A stretch of 64,000 bases of DNA, taken from an uncultured delta proteobacterium (lineage in GTDB: Bacteria; Desulfobacterota; Binatia; Binatales; Binataceae). Below are positions 58,661 through 64,000 of this stretch, piece after piece. Within the stretch, counting starts at the first letter, position 1. The number at the start of each line of letters is the position of its first letter. The stretch is from the NCBI GenBank assembly GCA_963711565.1, contig CAVQEQ010000004.1, positions 1,312,001 to 1,376,000 of the forward strand, given 5' to 3'. Below the pieces are notes generated by a model. It did no database searches. It was not told the DNA's origin and saw only the letters and a list, made by a program, of their open reading frames with translations. The position numbers and the translations under genes were made by a program.

Positions 58661-59650
58661 TTAAGAGCGCGACAGCCCGATAAGTTGTTCGCTCAGTTTC
58701 CACAGACGATCCGCTGCATCCGGGTCAAGCGCGTGCGGCATCACGCCCAGCGCCATCGATCCGAACGGGTTCGCGGCCAACTCCCCGGTCACCAGCGGCG
58801 CAATGTCGCAATTGTGGCAATACACTCCGCCGATGCCGTTGAGCTGCGGACTCGTCGCGCACCAGACGGTCGTCGCGGCGCCCTGTTCCACCGTCTTCTG
58901 ATTCTTCGCCGGGTCGATGATCGGATTCCCGCCCTCATCAACGAGCCCCACCGCGCGAAGCACCTCCGGCGGGACGTACTTGGACAGACCCGTGGCGACT
59001 ATGCTGCCCGGATGCAGCGAGAAGGCGCGGACGCCATCCGCCTTGCCCCGCTCGTCCAGCGCCAGCGCGAACAGGATATTCGCCGTCTTCGACTGCCCAT
59101 ACGCCATCCACGGAATATACTCGCGATGCTCAAAATTGATGTCCTCGAACATCATCGGCGACCGGCTATGCGCCCACGCCGAAACCGCCACCACCCTCGC
59201 GCCGTTCGCTTTGCGCAGTGCCGGCCAAAGTCGCATCGCGAGCTGGAAATGCCCTACATGGTTCGTCGCGAAGTGAAATTCCAACCCGCGCGCATCGCGC
59301 GCCAACGGCGCACCTGCTATTCCAGCGCTGTTAACGAGAATGTGCAGCGGCCTGCCCGACGCAATGAATCTTTCGGCGAAAGCGTCGATCAAGGCCGGCT
59401 TGAGCAAGTCCATCTCGTCGATCTCGACGTTTATTCCATCCAGCGCACGTATCGCCTTCTCGCGATCGCGCGTCGGAACGATCACACTGGCGCCAGCGCG
59501 CCCCAGCACCCGTGCAGTTTCCAGCCCGATGCCGGAATAGCCGCCGGTCACGATCGCAACCTTGCCCGACAAGTCGATCCCCTTTATTACGTCGGCCGCG
59601 GTTGACGCCGCGCCAAACCCCGATCCGATCGGTTTCTGCAAAGTCGCCAT
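58661..59650 (-). CDS. Short-chain dehydrogenase/reductase
   Basis: TGGYSGIG, NSAG, YGQSK, LHPG. Confidence 0.9.
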   Translation of the reverse strand: MATLQKPIGSGFGAASTAADVIKGIDLSGKVAIVTGGYSGIGLETARVLGRAGASVIVPTRDREKAIRALDGINVEIDEMDLLKPALIDAFAERFIASGRPLHILVNSAGIAGAPLARDARGLEFHFATNHVGHFQLAMRLWPALRKANGARVVAVSAWAHSRSPMMFEDINFEHREYIPWMAYGQSKTANILFALALDERGKADGVRAFSLHPGSIVATGLSKYVPPEVLRAVGLVDEGGNPIIDPAKNQKTVEQGAATTVWCATSPQLNGIGGVYCHNCDIAPLVTGELAANPFGSMALGVMPHALDPDAADRLWKLSEQLIGLSRS

Positions 59651-59685
59651 CGTACTTGACTCCTGGATCAGAATCCTCCGCCCGC

Positions 59686-59714
59686 TTGACATCATTTAGA
59701 TGATTAGCTAAATG
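59686..59714 (+). promoter_or_regulatory. Promoter/operator of the SdpR-like repressor operon
   Basis: TTGACA at 59686; inverted repeat CATTTAG-N8-CTAAATG (59693-59714) just upstream of ATG 59722. Confidence 0.6.
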
Positions 59715-59721
59715 TCTATCC

Positions 59722-60045
59722 ATGCCCGGGGTGTTCAAAGCTCTCGCTGATCCTACGCGGCGGCGCGTTCTCCAACTTCTGCGGAAGAAGCCGATGACGG
59801 CTGGAGAACTCTCGGAGCACTTTGCGGTTTCCAAACCGACCATGTCGGCGCACTTCGCAGCGCTGCGCGAGGCGAACCTTGTCTATGCCGAGAAGTCCGG
59901 CAAGTCGATCACCTACCATCTGAGACTCTCGGTGCTCGAAGAAGCGCTGATGGGCTTTGCGCAGACCTTTGGACTGGGCTCGGAGGCCGATGGCGCGCAA
60001 GCCGAAACGAAACCCACAGCTACGAAGGAGGAAATCTCACAATGA
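59722..60045 (+). CDS. ArsR/SmtB family repressor, SdpR-like
   Basis: FKALADPTRRRVL, MTAGEL, SKPTMSAHF, YHLRLSVLEE. Confidence 0.88.
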   Translation: MPGVFKALADPTRRRVLQLLRKKPMTAGELSEHFAVSKPTMSAHFAALREANLVYAEKSGKSITYHLRLSVLEEALMGFAQTFGLGSEADGAQAETKPTATKEEISQ

Positions 60046-60413
60046 CTACTCGGATCACGTCCAACCTGGCGCTGGCCGGACTCTTGATAGCGGTCTCGAC
60101 CGGTCTTGCGTTTCTCCAGAGGCATGGCGTCGTCGGCGCCGAAGCAGCTACGCGAGGGGCGATGGTACTTACCGGTATTCTGCTGGCGGTCTATGGAAAC
60201 GTGATTCCCAAATCTCTTTCGCGATTGTCCGCAAGGGGCGAGTCCCTTCAGCGTGTTACCGGCTGGGCAACCGTCATCTCGGGGATCGGCTATGCCGCAA
60301 TCTGGGCCTTTGCCCCAATCGAGATTGCCGCGGTCGCATCGATGTGCGCCGTTGCGATCGGTTTCGTCTTCGTAGTCGGCTATTGCGTATGGCTCCGCTC
60401 GATTCCGGCGTAG
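60042..60413 (+). CDS. Four-TM membrane protein, SdpI-like
   Basis: YGNVIPK motif, four hydrophobic helices, ATGA overlap with the SdpR-like gene. Confidence 0.6.
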   Translation: MTTRITSNLALAGLLIAVSTGLAFLQRHGVVGAEAATRGAMVLTGILLAVYGNVIPKSLSRLSARGESLQRVTGWATVISGIGYAAIWAFAPIEIAAVASMCAVAIGFVFVVGYCVWLRSIPA

Positions 60414-60446
60414 GCTTAGATCTCTGGACATGGCGGCGTCGCTCGC

Positions 60447-61469
<1,023 letters not shown>

Positions 61470-61527
61470 TCATCCATCCGGACTGTGAATACTTGAAAGT
61501 CCGCATAACCTGCGCGATAGTACGAAA

Positions 61528-62493
61528 ATGGCCACTGACCCTTTCTCCGACATCCTCAAGCTTACCAACGCCGAAACCGTCGTCTCGGGCGGCTTCACAG
61601 CGGGAGGCACATGGGCGATCCGCTTCCCCAAGCTGGAAAAAATCATGTTCTCCGCGATCGTGAAGGGCAGTTGCTGGCTATGCGTCGAGGGCTTCGAGGC
61701 GCCCGTCCACGCCGATGCGAACGACGTGATTTTGCTTTCGGCGCAGCGGCCCTTCGTTCTCGCCGGCGATTTGTCGGCCGTCCCAATCGACGCGGAAGTT
61801 TTGTTCGCCGGCAAGGCGAGCAGGATCGCTAAACTGGGCGACAGCGAGGACTGCATTCAGATCGGCGGCTATGTGCGCCTCGACCCTGCCAGCGGAGGCC
61901 TGCTCGCCGACGTCCTGCCGCCGCTGATCCACGTTCACGGCACTTCGCCGCATACGACGGTCTTGCGATGGCTCCTCGATCAGCTCGTCCGCGAGCGCGC
62001 GGCTGAACTTCCGGGGTCCACTCTCGCTTCAGCGCAACTCGCCCAGCTCATGCTCGTGGAGATTTTGCGCGCTTACCTCGAGACCTCCGGTCCGTTGCCC
62101 ACCGGATGGCTCCGCGCGGTCGCCGACAGGCGGCTCGCCCCCGCGCTCCGCCTGATGCATGCCGAGCCCGGCCGCGCGTGGCAGCTCGGAGAGCTGGCGA
62201 GAGCCGCCGCGATGTCGCGGACCACTTTCGCGCAGTATTTCAAAATGGTCGCCGGAATCTCGCCGCTCGCGTACCTGACGAAATGGCGGATGCGCCTGGC
62301 CGAGCGCGCACTCCGCGAAGAACCCACTTCTGTTTCAGCCCTCGCGGGCCAGCTCGGTTATACGTCCGAGAGCGCGTTCAGCAACGCCTTCAAACGCGTG
62401 ACCGGCAACGCCCCGAGACGTTACCGCTTGGCGGCGCGGACGGCGGTGTCCGGCAGGATAGTCTCGACGCCTGCGCCGGAACGGGCTCTATAA
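61528..62493 (+). CDS. AraC-family regulator with cupin domain
   Basis: N-terminal cupin, C-terminal MSRTTFA...GYTSESAFSNAFKR; divergent from the AKR gene. Confidence 0.92.
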   Translation: MATDPFSDILKLTNAETVVSGGFTAGGTWAIRFPKLEKIMFSAIVKGSCWLCVEGFEAPVHADANDVILLSAQRPFVLAGDLSAVPIDAEVLFAGKASRIAKLGDSEDCIQIGGYVRLDPASGGLLADVLPPLIHVHGTSPHTTVLRWLLDQLVRERAAELPGSTLASAQLAQLMLVEILRAYLETSGPLPTGWLRAVADRRLAPALRLMHAEPGRAWQLGELARAAAMSRTTFAQYFKMVAGISPLAYLTKWRMRLAERALREEPTSVSALAGQLGYTSESAFSNAFKRVTGNAPRRYRLAARTAVSGRIVSTPAPERAL

Positions 62494-62564
62494 CGTGTAG
62501 CGCCGGAGGAAAGGACCGACGCTCATCGGAGACTGCTGTTCCACACTGCCCGCCATCCGCCCGC

Positions 62565-63698
62565 TCATGCAGTAGAGCGCAATGAATCGGCGATCGCGCG
62601 GCGCGTAGTCGAGAGCGCGGGGATTGCGGCGCTTATCAATCCGATCCCAGATGCGACCGCAACGCTTTCTGCCGCGACTCCCGGCATCAGATGGAGCCCG
62701 AACTCCGGCCCCATCAGCGACGGGCCGGCAATCCGAAGGGCGGCGTATGCAATCGCAGCTCCGAGCGCTCCCGCGACCGTGCCCATCAGCATGCCCTCGG
62801 CGAGGATGAGGCCGACCAGCGTGCGTCGGGTGAAGCCCAGCGCGCGCATCACCGCCAGCTCGTGACGTCGTTCGCGCACCGCCATCGCGGCCGTGTTTGC
62901 CGAGACCAATGCGATCACGATCACGACGATTCCCGCAAACAATTGCGCGCCGACGAACAGCAGCCGAAAATCATGAAGCTGCGATTGTGCCACGCCGAGT
63001 TCGGTCTGGGTTGCGGTCTCGAAGGGCGAGTTGGCGAAATGCCCGTCGATTTGCTTGAGCAACGGCTGCGCGAACTCGGACGCATCGGCTTTGACGAAAA
63101 AGACCGTCACCTTGCCTTCGAAAGCCTCCATCTGGTTGAGCCGATCGATCGGCACTATCACGAGATTCCTGGACACCTGGCCGTCCATCGTGCCCGCGAC
63201 AGTGAAACTCAAGTCCGTCGGCAGCGACAGTCCATGCAGGATAATGTTGTCGCCGACCTTCCACTGGAAGCGTCTGACCAATCCATTGCCGACCAGCCCG
63301 ACCGAGCGTGAATGCCCGAGCGCCGCAGCGGCGGCGGCCGAGGCCCAGTCAGGCCAGATGACGTGCAATTGATCGGGATCGACGCCGACGATTGGTATCA
63401 GCTCGCCGGCCTTGCGGTAGCTGGTCATCATGACGAGGTAACCGGTCATCGCGCTCACGTGCGGCAGGTCGCGGATAGTCTCGCCGTAGGCGGCGGGCAA
63501 CATGTAGTTGAACCCGGCCTTGTTGCCGCAAATCAGCCGCAGCGCACTCACGCGATCGCGCAGCAGGCGTGCCGCGACCGCGGGAACGCTCATCAGCGCC
63601 GCAAAGATAAGGGTCGAGACGGCGATCGACAGCACGCTGAGAATCGTACGGCGCCGATTGCGCAGCAGGTTACGGATGATCAGCGGAACGAACTTCAT
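62565..63698 (-). CDS. ABC transporter permease, FtsX/MacB family
   Basis: RNLLRNRRRT, periplasmic domain, VRERRHELAVMRALGF. Confidence 0.88.
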   Translation of the reverse strand: MKFVPLIIRNLLRNRRRTILSVLSIAVSTLIFAALMSVPAVAARLLRDRVSALRLICGNKAGFNYMLPAAYGETIRDLPHVSAMTGYLVMMTSYRKAGELIPIVGVDPDQLHVIWPDWASAAAAAALGHSRSVGLVGNGLVRRFQWKVGDNIILHGLSLPTDLSFTVAGTMDGQVSRNLVIVPIDRLNQMEAFEGKVTVFFVKADASEFAQPLLKQIDGHFANSPFETATQTELGVAQSQLHDFRLLFVGAQLFAGIVVIVIALVSANTAAMAVRERRHELAVMRALGFTRRTLVGLILAEGMLMGTVAGALGAAIAYAALRIAGPSLMGPEFGLHLMPGVAAESVAVASGIGLISAAIPALSTTRRAIADSLRSTA

Positions 63699-63781
63699 TC
63701 TCGATCTGCCCGCGCCCCACAGTACGGACCTCGACACCAGGGAACGACCATCACGTTCGCGAGAGAATCTCCACTGATGCG

Positions 63782-64000
63782 CTATGGCCGCTGATTCGCA
63801 GCGCTCGTGGAGAAGACCAACGCGACTACGATCAAAACAGCGACATATATGACCGGATATAGTATTCGCGCGATCACGCGCACTCGTGCCGCGCTATCCG
63901 ACTGGTTCCGTTCAGTGATCTGATGGACCGCGACCAGCTCGACGATGCACGCGCAACTAAACCCGAAACTCATCAGAAAAAACGCATCGATGAAGGTCAG
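63782..64000 (-). CDS. C-terminal M3-M4 part of a GLIC-like pentameric ligand-gated ion channel (5' end outside window)
   Basis: LTFIDAFFLMSFGFSCACIVELVAVHQ...AARVRVIARILYPVIY; matches pLGIC M3 (T..D...E...H) and M4 (R..(F/Y)P) pattern. Confidence 0.65.
   Translation of the reverse strand: MTFIDAFFLMSFGFSCACIVELVAVHQITERNQSDSAARVRVIARILYPVIYVAVLIVVALVFSTSAANQRP

Overview
GC-rich bacterial chromosomal window. Gene content and style suggest a Deltaproteobacteria-like lineage, possibly Candidatus Binatota; this is an inference, not tested. It is mostly housekeeping: pyrC-carA-carB-recG, rlpA, dgt, EF-G paralog, birA, nadC, valS, tRNA-Leu(CAG), gcvH, ald, DHS-like, an ECF/QueT transporter, ispF, moeA and ntrB. 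Most notable: (1) an NtrY-like sensor kinase followed by a single ORF fusing an intact receiver domain to a catalytically intact LpxC, suggesting direct phosphorelay control of the committed step of lipid A synthesis; (2) a complete 2,908-bp IS1595-family element (23-bp TIRs, 8-bp TSD) carrying a RusA-like nuclease, a GIY-YIG-like miniprotein and small peptides; (3) four families of short palindromic repeats, one with a compensatory base-pair change, that separate genes at 23.4-28.7 kb and stack at 45.9-46.2 kb; (4) a relic duplication of the ispF locus that places a promoter copy in front of an acyltransferase gene; (5) the C-terminus of a GLIC-like pentameric ligand-gated ion channel at the right edge. 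Two frameshifts, one in-frame TGA and several substitutions at conserved residues indicate sequencing error or gene erosion. All calls come from motif recognition by eye; no database searches were run.
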